A DNA stretch of 64,000 nt from positions 64,001-128,000 of the forward strand of contig CAZFHY010000001.1 in assembly GCA_964519305.1 (NCBI GenBank), written 5' to 3'. The notes under the pieces were generated by a model. That model saw only the letters and a list, made by a program, of their open reading frames with translations. It was not told where the DNA came from and made no database searches. Below are positions 28,687-38,294 of this stretch, piece by piece. A program made the position numbers and the translations under genes. The stretch's first letter is position 1. Each line of letters starts with the position of its first letter. The DNA is from Candidatus Undinarchaeota archaeon (lineage in GTDB: Archaea > SpSt-1190 > JASMDC01).

Positions 28687-29283
28687 TCAACTTTCCCCGC
28701 TACTATCGCGCTCACACCTCCTCCACATGATCCATATCCGCTGGACGACGGTGACACAGGTGAGCGCACAGAGGAACATTATGAACGGTACAAGGTAACC
28801 TATGTCCCAGTGGGAAAGGCCGCATCCGAAGGCCAGTACCACAAGACGTTCGGCACGCTGCCCAAGACCGCCCATGGGCACTTCTTCCAACAGGGATTCG
28901 GCCCGGGCCCGTGTATAGGACACCATCAGGCTACCGAACAGGGCCAGCATGCACCATATGGCCGGTACTGATCTAGATAGCAGCAGTCCTGTCAAGATGA
29001 ACATCTCGGTGAACCTGTCCACGACCGAGTCAATGAATCCGCCGAAGGTCGAGACCGTTCCGGTAATCCGGGCGAGCGCACCATCAAGCACGTCGAATAT
29101 ACCAACAAGTCCGATAGCGAATGCAGCGTACAACCACATCCCCTTAACGATAAGGAAGCTGGCACCCAATGCAGTAATGAGCCCGCACAGGGTGAACACG
29201 AAGGGGTTCGTGGTAATCGACATAGTAGATCGAGCTAATGACTCGAAGAACGGAGCTAACTGGGGTCTAAGCTGTGAAAGCAT
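28687..29283 (-). CDS. CDP-alcohol phosphatidyltransferase (archaetidylinositol phosphate synthase-like)
   Basis: DVLDGALAR...FGGFIDSVVDR, SLMVSYTRARAE, RAER. Confidence 0.9.
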   Translation of the reverse strand: MLSQLRPQLAPFFESLARSTMSITTNPFVFTLCGLITALGASFLIVKGMWLYAAFAIGLVGIFDVLDGALARITGTVSTFGGFIDSVVDRFTEMFILTGLLLSRSVPAIWCMLALFGSLMVSYTRARAESLLEEVPMGGLGQRAERLVVLAFGCGLSHWDIGYLVPFIMFLCALTCVTVVQRIWIMWRRCERDSSGES

Positions 29284-29292
29284 GCAGTTACC

Positions 29293-29475
29293 TCAGCGGT
29301 AGTGGCCAACATCGTTGGAGTCGTGGGATATCTCGACGAACCTCTTATAGGCCTCGAGGGCCATGTCCACGTCGGTCTGTGTGATCTCACGCGGTTGTTT
29401 GATGTTCACACCGCTCATGGATATGGAAAGCTGTCCGGTCTCGGCGGCATCCCCTTGCTCCTCTTCCTCAGGCAT
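29293..29475 (-). CDS. Small hypothetical protein, 60 aa
   Basis: Ends 9 nt before the next gene's ATG; TTCATAAAG box about 22 nt upstream. Confidence 0.5.
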   Translation of the reverse strand: MPEEEEQGDAAETGQLSISMSGVNIKQPREITQTDVDMALEAYKRFVEISHDSNDVGHYR

Positions 29476-29574
29476 AGGTGCCCGGTGTGGTTCAAAGCTT
29501 TATGAACCTTCTTTTTTTTACCCCCCTCTCGGTCGTAACGAATCTTATTGTAGTGCGGATGACGATATATCGAC

Positions 29575-29805
29575 ATGGAACCGAACCTCCGCACAGGCAT
29601 TATCGCCGCGGCCGCACTGGTCGTCAGCGCGCTCCTACTATTCGCAGCAGGATCCCTCCGCGGTACGCTCATCGCACGAAGCGCGGTCCAACAGGGGAGC
29701 TGTCAACAGAACACGACCTTGGACGTCGCACCTGGCACTGTCACTGATGCCGGTGAGGTCCCCATCGTTCGCGACCTGCGCGCATCGGGGGGTGCCAGTG
29801 CATGA
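29575..29805 (+). CDS. Small membrane/secreted hypothetical protein
   Basis: N-terminal hydrophobic helix; its stop overlaps the next ATG (ATGA). Confidence 0.5.
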   Translation: MEPNLRTGIIAAAALVVSALLLFAAGSLRGTLIARSAVQQGSCQQNTTLDVAPGTVTDAGEVPIVRDLRASGGASA

Positions 29806-30701
29806 TCCGCCAATCCCATCGGGTTGGTTTCGTGACGATGGTGCTTGTAATGGTCATTGCCTCGGCAGCTTCGCCACCCAGTGACATAGCGATCACCCTG
29901 ACTGTCCCCTCTGAAGTGCCTGCGTACACGCGAGCCAACATCACGCTGGCCATCAGTAATCCGGAAGGGGAGCGGTGCAATGCGTCCTATTACGTGAAGC
30001 TCTCGGACATTGATACCAAGGAGGAGCTGCTCAGGCCCATCGAGCACGAGGATGTACTCGACGGTGATGTTGTCAGGACCGCTCTGCCATTACTGGTGCG
30101 GTCGGGGAGCTACCGGGTGTACGCCGCTCTGTCGTGCCGTAGATCGGACGGGACGGTACGCCGCACATCAACACGGACCATGGATGTACTCCCGCAGGGG
30201 CTGCGAGTATCAGCAGGGCACGCCGATGACCTGGGCACCATCCTCGTACCTGCTGCCGTTGGTCGGCTAGTTCTCAGGTTCGCCGAGGTCATCACTGACG
30301 CGGACGGCAACATGGCATGGTCACGTCCGCTCAACGTCACCGTGACGCTTGACGGGGATACCGTTCCTCTCGACAAAGACGGCGTGGCCGTGGTCACTGT
30401 TACTGCCGGCCGCCACATTCTATCAGTGGACGGAAGGGATGAGGAGGTGACCGTACCGCCGGGCGAGACGGTCCACCATGTCAGGGAGGTCCCATCCTCC
30501 TATGGTTTGGTACGCGGCCGGTTGGTAGAGCGTGTTATGGACGGTGACGTGGTAGTGTGGAGCCAGATGCTCGCTGGACGGGTGGTGTATATCTACCGTG
30601 GTACTGTGCTGGCCGCCACGACCGATACGGATGACGAGGGAAGGTTCCTGGCGGTTCTACCCCCCGGGCGGTACGATGTCTACGCAGCTCCTTTGTCATG
30701 A
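29802..30701 (+). CDS. Secreted beta-sandwich protein with carboxypeptidase-regulatory-like C-terminus
   Basis: Signal peptide; C-terminal TDTDDEGRF...LPPGRYDV. Confidence 0.6.
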   Translation: MIRQSHRVGFVTMVLVMVIASAASPPSDIAITLTVPSEVPAYTRANITLAISNPEGERCNASYYVKLSDIDTKEELLRPIEHEDVLDGDVVRTALPLLVRSGSYRVYAALSCRRSDGTVRRTSTRTMDVLPQGLRVSAGHADDLGTILVPAAVGRLVLRFAEVITDADGNMAWSRPLNVTVTLDGDTVPLDKDGVAVVTVTAGRHILSVDGRDEEVTVPPGETVHHVREVPSSYGLVRGRLVERVMDGDVVVWSQMLAGRVVYIYRGTVLAATTDTDDEGRFLAVLPPGRYDVYAAPLS

Positions 30702-30766
30702 GTATGGAGGGTACACGCTCCTGTCATCAAGAACCACTGATACCACATCTCGCAGGATCCAGCGCT

Positions 30767-32149
30767 CTACTCCAATCCCTTGTAGAACTTGAGGAACTTC
30801 CCGAACGAGCGGAGCAGGTGCCTTGCGTCACGCCCGCCACGGACACGCGCGGCCCTTCGAGCCATGAAGGCAGGATCGAGGTAGAAGGTCCGATAGGCCC
30901 AGGTCGTTGCCTGCTTGACGTCATCTGCCGTGAACTCTGGGCGAGAGAGATGCCCGGTCTCGTCCAACCAACCCTTTCGGACGGCCTGCGAGTAGAGAGG
31001 TGTGTCTGGATATGGGAGGATTGAGCGGAATATCGTGAAGTCGGATCCGACCTCTCTGACGAAGCTCACGGTACGGGCCACGCTCTCCCATGTCTCCCCG
31101 GGGAGTCCAACGATGATGAGCGCGCCTGCTGCGATCCCCGCCTCATGGACCGCGGAGAACGCGTTGCGTACCGTACCGAGGTCCACACCCTTCCCCGTGG
31201 AGCGAAGGATGTCAGGATCGGCGCTCTCCACACCTATGTCTATTCGGAAGCACCCTGCACGAGCCAGTGCCCCGGCGACCTCCTTGTCGAGACCATCCGC
31301 ACGGGCGGTGATGACCCAGTTCACGTCAAGGTCCCGTTCCTGAAGCTCACGAGCGATACCAAGGACACGGTCGCGATCGTGAAGGAAGTCCTCGTCTATC
31401 ACCCGGAACTCGCGGACACCCAGGCGTTCGCTGACCTCCTGGAACTCGTCGGCCACGTTCTCAGGGCTCCGTCCTCGCCATTCGCGACGTTTCGAGAAGC
31501 TCCGCGAGCAGAAGCTGCATCGATGGACGCATCCCCTGCTGGTGACCATGTTCGTGTAGTGCACGTCCTCCTTTACCAGATAGTGGATGTATCGATCGAG
31601 AGGGAATAGGTGCCTTGCGGGAAAGGGGAGAGTATCGAGGTCGGTATGCGGTCGATCAGGATTGACGATCGTCCGGCCACGGTCGCTCCAAACGAGCCCA
31701 TCGACGCGGGCCGGGTCCCAAGAGCCGGACAATAGGTCCGAGATCATTCCCTCATGATCATCGATCGAGATCGCATCGACTACGTCGAGCGCTCTCTTAT
31801 GAAGAGATGGACCGATGAGTCCCATGAGCACCAGCCTTGTGTCAGGAGCGACCTCCCGTATCGCCCGGGCGTCGGTCAGCACAGGCTCAATGGATGTCGA
31901 CGAGGCAGGTATCACGATGGCATCTGGGTCCTGCTGCTCAACTTGTCCGAGCACATCATCGAAGGGCGTCTGCAGTGCGTTAGCGTCCATGACGGATACC
32001 GAGCAACCGGACGCAAGGAGCGATGAAGCAACGGAGGCGAGGTTGACCGGGAACTCTACGACGTCCACGGGAGGTGTGTCGCCGAATAGTATGTCGCGGA
32101 ACTGGTAGCAGCCCTGCGGCGGTGGATTGAGGAGGAGGATGCCTCCCAT
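30767..32149 (-). CDS. B12-binding domain radical SAM protein
   Basis: LLLNPP, DLDTLPFPARHL, SRGCVHRCSFC, RSPENVADE, IGVES, IVGLPGET, PYPDTPLY. Confidence 0.9.
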   Translation of the reverse strand: MGGILLLNPPPQGCYQFRDILFGDTPPVDVVEFPVNLASVASSLLASGCSVSVMDANALQTPFDDVLGQVEQQDPDAIVIPASSTSIEPVLTDARAIREVAPDTRLVLMGLIGPSLHKRALDVVDAISIDDHEGMISDLLSGSWDPARVDGLVWSDRGRTIVNPDRPHTDLDTLPFPARHLFPLDRYIHYLVKEDVHYTNMVTSRGCVHRCSFCSRSFSKRREWRGRSPENVADEFQEVSERLGVREFRVIDEDFLHDRDRVLGIARELQERDLDVNWVITARADGLDKEVAGALARAGCFRIDIGVESADPDILRSTGKGVDLGTVRNAFSAVHEAGIAAGALIIVGLPGETWESVARTVSFVREVGSDFTIFRSILPYPDTPLYSQAVRKGWLDETGHLSRPEFTADDVKQATTWAYRTFYLDPAFMARRAARVRGGRDARHLLRSFGKFLKFYKGLE

Positions 32150-32236
32150 ATAGGAATGACTACGCATGAATCCTTATAACGGTTGCCTCAGGGAAACGCG
32201 GCCTTCCCCGAGCGTGTGGGAAGGCCGCGAATCCAC

Positions 32237-33685
32237 CTAGACCTTGTCCACGTGGACCTGGTACTCGATCTGCGTGGGGAAGGGTATCTTGATGCCCGCC
32301 TTGTCGAAGCGCTTGAGCACCTCGGTGTTGATCTGGTGCTTGGTGCGCTTGATGTTCCCTTCGCTGGACCAGAACTCCACGTCGAAGATCAGTGCGAAGT
32401 CCCCAAGCTCCACCAGGAACACCATGGGCGGCTTATGGCTCGTCTCCATGACGTCCTCGTTCTCGTGTAGGATATCATAGAGGATCTTCTCGGCCTTTTC
32501 GAAGTCAGAATCATAGGAAATGCCGATATGCATTATCACCTTCTTCTCTGACGCCAGCTCCTTTGTGAGCTTGGAGGCCAGGGTCTGATTGTAGATGACC
32601 CTCTCGGTGATACCTGCGTTGGGCACGGTGATGAGCTCGCCACTCACTGAGCGCAGTCTCATGTTCTTGAGGGACACGGTCTCTACGTAGCCCTCCACCC
32701 CTGTGTCGAGCTTGATGTAGTCGCCCTTGCGGAACGGGCGGTCGAGGATGATGAACACACCCGAGAGGATGTTGGAGAGCGTGTCCTTGGCGGCAAAGGA
32801 CAGGGCCAGTCCCATGAACGACATCCCTGCCAGCCATGCTGTGATATCGATGCCCGCTGCGGTGACCACGGTTAGGAAAAGTAGGAGCACGAACACGTAG
32901 CGGGATACCTGACCGAACATCTGGCATACCTGGATGGCGTACTTCTTGTTCTCCTTCTCGGTGAGCGTCACCATCAGGCGCTCCTTTCCCCGGAAGTCGA
33001 TCTGCGACCAGATGACGTAGGAAACGAGCACTCCGAAGAATATCTTGACGAGGATGAGCCCGAGGTTGAGCGCGTGGCCCACAAGGAAACCGGTGAACAC
33101 CTCTACCTCCTGGAACGCGATCACGAGGCCCATAAGGTAGATCAGCAGGGAGAGCGGGTAGCCTCCCGACACGAACAGGAGGTCGTCGTACTCGAAGTCC
33201 GGTGTGAAGGCCTTAGCGTACTGGAGCCCTTCTGTCTCCAAGGTGGCCCTGAACAGTGATGCGAAAAAACCGGCGACCAGCATGATAGCACAGACCTTCA
33301 GCAAGCTGGTGACGATAATGAAGGAGTTGTCGGCAAGCTCCGCCCTCTTTGCGGCGAGCAGTTCCGGTGTGGAGAACTGGACCGGGTCCAGGCCTGCCTC
33401 CATGAGCATGGGGATCACATCGAGGAAATGGAGAGCCATGATGATGCCCACACCCCAGATGAACAGCCGGGCCGGCGTCTCGAAGTACTCTACGAACCGG
33501 TCATCCAGCTCCGTGGCGACCAGCTTGCTCTCCGCCAGTGTGCGGAGCGCCTCCCAAAGCTTTGTGAGGATCCGCTGCTGGATGAAGTAGGTAAGGATGA
33601 GGATGAGGATCGACACAAGACCTTTGATACGGTTGAACCCGTCGGCTAGGAGCTCTTGTATGATCCATGAATCCACGAGTGCCAT
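32237..33685 (-). CDS. mscS: Small-conductance mechanosensitive channel
   Basis: GLALSFAAKDTLSNILSG, RPFRKGDYI, GISYDSD, GIKIPFP. Confidence 0.92.
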   Translation of the reverse strand: MALVDSWIIQELLADGFNRIKGLVSILILILTYFIQQRILTKLWEALRTLAESKLVATELDDRFVEYFETPARLFIWGVGIIMALHFLDVIPMLMEAGLDPVQFSTPELLAAKRAELADNSFIIVTSLLKVCAIMLVAGFFASLFRATLETEGLQYAKAFTPDFEYDDLLFVSGGYPLSLLIYLMGLVIAFQEVEVFTGFLVGHALNLGLILVKIFFGVLVSYVIWSQIDFRGKERLMVTLTEKENKKYAIQVCQMFGQVSRYVFVLLLFLTVVTAAGIDITAWLAGMSFMGLALSFAAKDTLSNILSGVFIILDRPFRKGDYIKLDTGVEGYVETVSLKNMRLRSVSGELITVPNAGITERVIYNQTLASKLTKELASEKKVIMHIGISYDSDFEKAEKILYDILHENEDVMETSHKPPMVFLVELGDFALIFDVEFWSSEGNIKRTKHQINTEVLKRFDKAGIKIPFPTQIEYQVHVDKV

Positions 33686-33786
33686 GGCCCGGACCTCACC
33701 CTGTAGATATAAATCCGTTTCGTACGAGGGCGGGGACCGCGCTCACGCTGGGAGACGAACCATGAGGGGAGCGGAACGCGCCCCCC

Positions 33787-34353
33787 TCAGATCTGAGCGA
33801 AGATGTCCTCTTCGGAGAGTGTGGCCCAGTCGGTTATCTCGCCGTCAGCGTCCACGATGACCTTGTACTTCTTCTTCTTCCCTTCGAAGTAGATGTGCCA
33901 GGTCTTGACCTCACGGATGGACTTGTACGGCTTCAGGCGCCCATCGCTCACACGCTTCTTGATGTAATTCTGGGCGAGGTTCTCAGCGTCCTGGACAGTG
34001 AGTCCCTTACGCACTCTGCGAATGTACTCGCGTCGAGCCTCCTCGATCTCCAGAGCGCGCTTCTTCTTGAGCTTGCGATTGATTGCACGGTAGCCAACCC
34101 AGACGACAGACACCAATAAGAGCACTGCACCAAGGGTATACAATTGGTCTATCTCACCAGGAATCCCCGTGAGTTGGCCGGTCTCCTTCAGATAGCCTGC
34201 AGCCCCCAGGACCACACCCGCAACGAGCATGATCTTGATGACGTTGTTGGTCTCGGAGAGGAAGTCCCGGACGGTCAGACTAAGGCTGTCCAGAACGAGC
34301 CAAACCAAGAAAAAGGCGAATAGTACAAGTACACCCAGTATTAGGGGCTCCAT
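33787..34353 (-). CDS. 3-TM membrane protein with small basic C-terminal domain
   Basis: Three hydrophobic helices followed by a soluble domain ending YKVIVDADGEI (PepSY-like). Confidence 0.6.
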   Translation of the reverse strand: MEPLILGVLVLFAFFLVWLVLDSLSLTVRDFLSETNNVIKIMLVAGVVLGAAGYLKETGQLTGIPGEIDQLYTLGAVLLLVSVVWVGYRAINRKLKKKRALEIEEARREYIRRVRKGLTVQDAENLAQNYIKKRVSDGRLKPYKSIREVKTWHIYFEGKKKKYKVIVDADGEITDWATLSEEDIFAQI

Positions 34354-34493
34354 GGTGTCACCTAGTGATAGTAAGTCCCTAAGGGGTTATATATAGTTTG
34401 CGAAACGAACCGCCGGGCCCCGGGAGTGCGTTCTCCTGTTCTTGAATCCTGTCCGGTCCCTTAATAAATCTTACCTCCCACCCACCACCGGCG

Positions 34494-35477
34494 ATGAGGC
34501 TCAGGAACAAGGCCAGAGCGGGATGGGCAATACTCAAGGCCCACCTCTTCGGCACCAAGACTCCTGTCTCGGTCGTGCTCATGAGCAACGACTCGTGCAA
34601 CCTCAAGTGCAAATACTGTGCCATCTGGAAGACCAAGCGACGTCAGATGACCACCAAGGAGCTCCTTGACCTCGTGGACGAACTGGCTGACATGGGTTGC
34701 GTTCGCATATCCATCTTCGGTGGCGAACCGCTCGTCCGTGATGACATCGGTCAGATCGTCGACCATATCCATAAGCGCGGTATCAACGTCGGTCTGGGTT
34801 CGAACGGGATCCTCGTTCCCAAGAAGATCGACCAGTTGAAGGATCTGGACCATCTTCATATCAGTCTGGACGGTCCCGAGGACTACCATGATATCCAGCG
34901 CGGAAAGGGGAGCCATGCCTCGGCCATCCGTGCCATCAAGGCCGGGAAGAAGGCAGGTCTCACCGTATGGACTATGACCGTGCTCACCAAGCACAACCTC
35001 CAAGTGGTCGACTACATGCTGGATCTTGCTGACGAGCATGACATGATCGCCTACTTCCATCCGGTCTCTCCGCGGGCAGACTCTGGACCCTATGTAAAGG
35101 ACCTCGTCCCGCCGCTCGATGCATATCGAGCCACGATCGAGCTCATCCTCAAGCGTAAGGCCGAGGGACGGAGGGTGGGTAACTCAACGACTGCCCTGAA
35201 CTACTTCCTGCACTTCCCCAAGCAGACGATGGACTTCAGGTGCTGGGCAGGCAAGCTGTTCTGTCACATCGATGCGAACGGCGATGTGTTCGGGTGCCTG
35301 GAGAACAAGGACAAGTCTCCGCCCAACAACCTCCTTGACAAGGGATTCCGCAAAGCGTGGGACGAGATCACGAGAGGACCATGCCCGGGATGTTGGAGCT
35401 ATTCCACGTCCGACTTCAACTTCCTGTTCTCCCTCGAGCCCCATGTCATCTGGAACACCATCAAGCTGACCCGTTGA
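34494..35477 (+). CDS. Radical SAM protein with twitch/SPASM-like C-terminus
   Basis: CNLKCKYC, FGGEPL, ISLDG, CWAGKLFCHIDANGDVFGC, CPGC. Confidence 0.88.
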   Translation: MRLRNKARAGWAILKAHLFGTKTPVSVVLMSNDSCNLKCKYCAIWKTKRRQMTTKELLDLVDELADMGCVRISIFGGEPLVRDDIGQIVDHIHKRGINVGLGSNGILVPKKIDQLKDLDHLHISLDGPEDYHDIQRGKGSHASAIRAIKAGKKAGLTVWTMTVLTKHNLQVVDYMLDLADEHDMIAYFHPVSPRADSGPYVKDLVPPLDAYRATIELILKRKAEGRRVGNSTTALNYFLHFPKQTMDFRCWAGKLFCHIDANGDVFGCLENKDKSPPNNLLDKGFRKAWDEITRGPCPGCWSYSTSDFNFLFSLEPHVIWNTIKLTR

Positions 35478-35491
35478 TATGGCCGGGATGT

Positions 35492-36304
35492 TCATTCCTT
35501 CGTTGCCAGGAGCGAGAACATCAATGGGACGGAGCCCTTCTGTCCTTTGAGCCGCCACCACCCGTCCTCGCCCTCCTCCATGAAGGGGAAGTAGGCGTAG
35601 GTGCACACGGGATGCTCTTCGAGCCGCTTGATCCGAAGGCCGGCACCTGCGAGGGCCGATACCACGTCCCCCAGAGTGTGGGTCCACTCGTACGATGGAC
35701 CGGGTACGGTGATGGACGGATCTGCGTATGAGGGAAGACCGTCCCATCGCACGGGCCCATCGCCGGGGAAATAGGAGCTGGCCACCTCGAGACGGTCCGC
35801 ACCACCTTCGCTGTGGAACGTCGTGAGGAATGGGTGGAAGTCGGCGATGAAGAAGGTACCCCCCGGCTCAAGGGATTGGGCGATAACCTGGGCCCAGCGC
35901 TCGAGGTCCGGCAGCCAGCACAGCACCCCATATGAGGTGAAAACGATGTCGAACGTCCCGTCCAGCACGTCGGGGAGATCATCCACCGCGGCCTGCACGA
36001 ACGTGGCGTCGATACCCTGCTCACTGGCCAGGGAACGCGCCAGCTCGATGGCCTTGCCGGAGATGTCCACGCCCGTCACCGTCGCACCGAGCCGGGCCCA
36101 TGAAAGGGTGTCGAGCCCGAAGTGGCACTGGAGATGGAGAAGACGCTTGCCCTTCACGTTACCCAGCGCCTCGCGCTCGATGCTCCGAAGGGTGCTCTTC
36201 CCCGACCTGAATCCCTCAACGTCGTAATACGCGGACCGGGCGTTGATCGCGACCAGCCCATCCCAGAGCCGCTTATTGGCCTCCAAGGGGGTCTCACTGC
36301 TCAT
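35492..36304 (-). CDS. Class I SAM-dependent methyltransferase
   Basis: LLHLQCHFGLDTLSWARLGA, GVDIS, FDIVFTSYGVLCWLPDL. Confidence 0.9.
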   Translation of the reverse strand: MSSETPLEANKRLWDGLVAINARSAYYDVEGFRSGKSTLRSIEREALGNVKGKRLLHLQCHFGLDTLSWARLGATVTGVDISGKAIELARSLASEQGIDATFVQAAVDDLPDVLDGTFDIVFTSYGVLCWLPDLERWAQVIAQSLEPGGTFFIADFHPFLTTFHSEGGADRLEVASSYFPGDGPVRWDGLPSYADPSITVPGPSYEWTHTLGDVVSALAGAGLRIKRLEEHPVCTYAYFPFMEEGEDGWWRLKGQKGSVPLMFSLLATKE

Positions 36305-36615
36305 CCGGTGACCTCGTCCACCCAGTCAAGATAGGGTTTGTGCCCGGCCTCTATAGGGAGGACCAGCACGCACGGTACATCGTAGGAGTGGAGCTCGACG
36401 ATGCGTGCCATGGCCTTCTCCACCAGGTCCGCACGCGTCTTGGCGAACAGCACGGTCTCGGTGTCGTGCTGGACTGCGCCCTCCCATCGATAGACGGACC
36501 GGACCGGGACCATTGTGACGCAGGCCACGAGCCGTTCCTCCACCAAGGTGGTGGCGATGGCCTCGGCCTCGTTCTCATCAGAAGCGGTGATATAGAGCAT
36601 GCGATACATCGGCAT
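36301..36615 (-). CDS. cutA: Divalent-cation tolerance protein CutA
   Basis: LVEERLVACV, SVYRWEG, LHSYDVP, YLDWV. Confidence 0.93.
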   Translation of the reverse strand: MPMYRMLYITASDENEAEAIATTLVEERLVACVTMVPVRSVYRWEGAVQHDTETVLFAKTRADLVEKAMARIVELHSYDVPCVLVLPIEAGHKPYLDWVDEVTG

Positions 36616-36678
36616 CCCCGTTGCAGGTCGTTCTGGCCAGGCTTATAAGATTACCTCACGACCGGGACCGGACGGCCC

Positions 36679-37839
36679 TCACCCGTGATACCCATAGCGG
36701 CGCAAGGCCTCGATGAAGTCAGGGCCGAGCACCTTCGCCTGCCATCGCCGCAAGCCCTCAATGCCTTCGAGCTCCTCCGGTCGTCGGGGGTCCACGCGCG
36801 CCACCTCGTACATCACCTGTGTCGGGCACAGCACACCCGGATCGAGTTGAAGCTCGGACGATTTGGCCTCCCGCACGGGTTTGAGCGCCTCGTCGACCCG
36901 ACGCTCCACCGAGCGCGTGCGGCTCTTGCCCTTTCGCTTCGGTGGTAGGGGGAGCTTGGACTCGGGTACGTTCATCCCCGTCTTGACCGCGGCTATGACC
37001 TGGCGGCCCAGACGTCGGACCAGCCAGTCCCGGACGTCCGGTACTCGGGAAAGTTCCTCCAGGCTCCGGGGGCGGGCCTCGGTGATCGCGCCGAGTAGAC
37101 GGTTCCCCACTACCTTGAAATGAGGGACGTCACGCTTCCGGGCTATATGGTCCCGCATCTTGAGCAGGCTCTCGAGCACGGCAAGTCCTCGCCGGTCGAA
37201 CTTCCCAAGGCCCTTGAAGGAATATAGGAGCGACGCCTTGGGGTCCACATAGGGTGCACAATCGCAAGCGAGCGCGAACTCTTCCCGCGCCCACTCCATG
37301 CGTCCCTTCTCCTCAAGTCGCTTAGCGAGTATGTCCCGCAGCTGGAGGAGATGGTGGGTGTCCCTGATTGCGTACTCCAGCATGTCGTGACTGAGCGGCC
37401 GTCGTGACCAGTCGGCCTTCTGGAACCGCTTGTCCACCTCGATCCCCAGCAGGTCACCGAGCAACGATGCCAGGCCCACTGCCTCGAACCCGAGGAGCTG
37501 GGCGGCGAGCTGTGTCTCGAAGAGGTTACGGATGGTTATCCCCTGCATCGCCAGGAGCCTGACATCGTATGCACAACCGTGGAACACCTTTTCCACGGAG
37601 GGGTCGGCCAGTATACGCCCCAATGGCCCAAGGTCGTCCATGGCCAGAGCGTCCACAATGAAGTTCTCCTCCGGCGTGGATATCTGGATGAGGCACAGTT
37701 TCTCATCGTAATGGTGCAGTCCGTCCGCTTCCAGGTCCACGGCGAACACGGGATGATGTGCCAACACCACGGTCAGGGGCTCTAGGTCCTCCTGGTTCTC
37801 GATGATGGTAGCTGAGACCTGCTCGGTCGCGAGGGTCAT
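36679..37839 (-). CDS. rnd: RNase D-like 3'-5' exonuclease with HRDC domains
   Basis: VDLEAD, LCLIQIS, KVFHG...YD, LFETQLA, ADWSRRPL...YAIRDT, HRDC region. Confidence 0.88.
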   Translation of the reverse strand: MTLATEQVSATIIENQEDLEPLTVVLAHHPVFAVDLEADGLHHYDEKLCLIQISTPEENFIVDALAMDDLGPLGRILADPSVEKVFHGCAYDVRLLAMQGITIRNLFETQLAAQLLGFEAVGLASLLGDLLGIEVDKRFQKADWSRRPLSHDMLEYAIRDTHHLLQLRDILAKRLEEKGRMEWAREEFALACDCAPYVDPKASLLYSFKGLGKFDRRGLAVLESLLKMRDHIARKRDVPHFKVVGNRLLGAITEARPRSLEELSRVPDVRDWLVRRLGRQVIAAVKTGMNVPESKLPLPPKRKGKSRTRSVERRVDEALKPVREAKSSELQLDPGVLCPTQVMYEVARVDPRRPEELEGIEGLRRWQAKVLGPDFIEALRRYGYHG

Positions 37840-37942
37840 CTTGTCATCTCCGTATATCCTGTTCGGGAAGGCCAGCTTGGCTTACGAGGATACCTCGACG
37901 ATGATGACTTATATATCGTTGGGACCGCGCGATGATGCGGGA

Positions 37943-38224
37943 TCACGCCTCTGGTTTGGCCAACGTGATGGCGATCGTCGATACGTTGATGTTCCTACCG
38001 TCCTCTGCGATGAGGTGCTCGGTGGAGATCTCGATCTTTGTGTCCTTGACACCCGGCATGGCCCGGTTCTTGACGATCTCGGCAACGTCAACAGCACGTG
38101 TGATCGACTTGCCACGAGCCTTGAGACAGACCTCTTCGGCTCCGCTCTGGAACTGGGTCAAGACCGCCATGACGTAGCTCATGGGCGGTTTAATACCTAC
38201 AAATACTACGTACTCATCCGTCAT
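37943..38224 (-). CDS. albA: DNA/RNA-binding protein Alba
   Basis: FVGIKPPMSYVMAV, LKARGKSITRAVDVAEI, NVSTIAITL. Confidence 0.95.
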   Translation of the reverse strand: MTDEYVVFVGIKPPMSYVMAVLTQFQSGAEEVCLKARGKSITRAVDVAEIVKNRAMPGVKDTKIEISTEHLIAEDGRNINVSTIAITLAKPEA

Positions 38225-38294
38225 CGATATCCTTCCTGTGTCGTCGCCGTTGTCGTTGATCGTTGTCGTCGTTGCCCGATGCCGGATTCAGTGC

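Noticed and set aside
30767-35477. B12 radical SAM and second radical SAM as extra Hxs maturases
   Set aside because: They lie 6-11 kb away, are separated by housekeeping genes, have their own promoters, and lack the Hxs-type C-terminal motifs.
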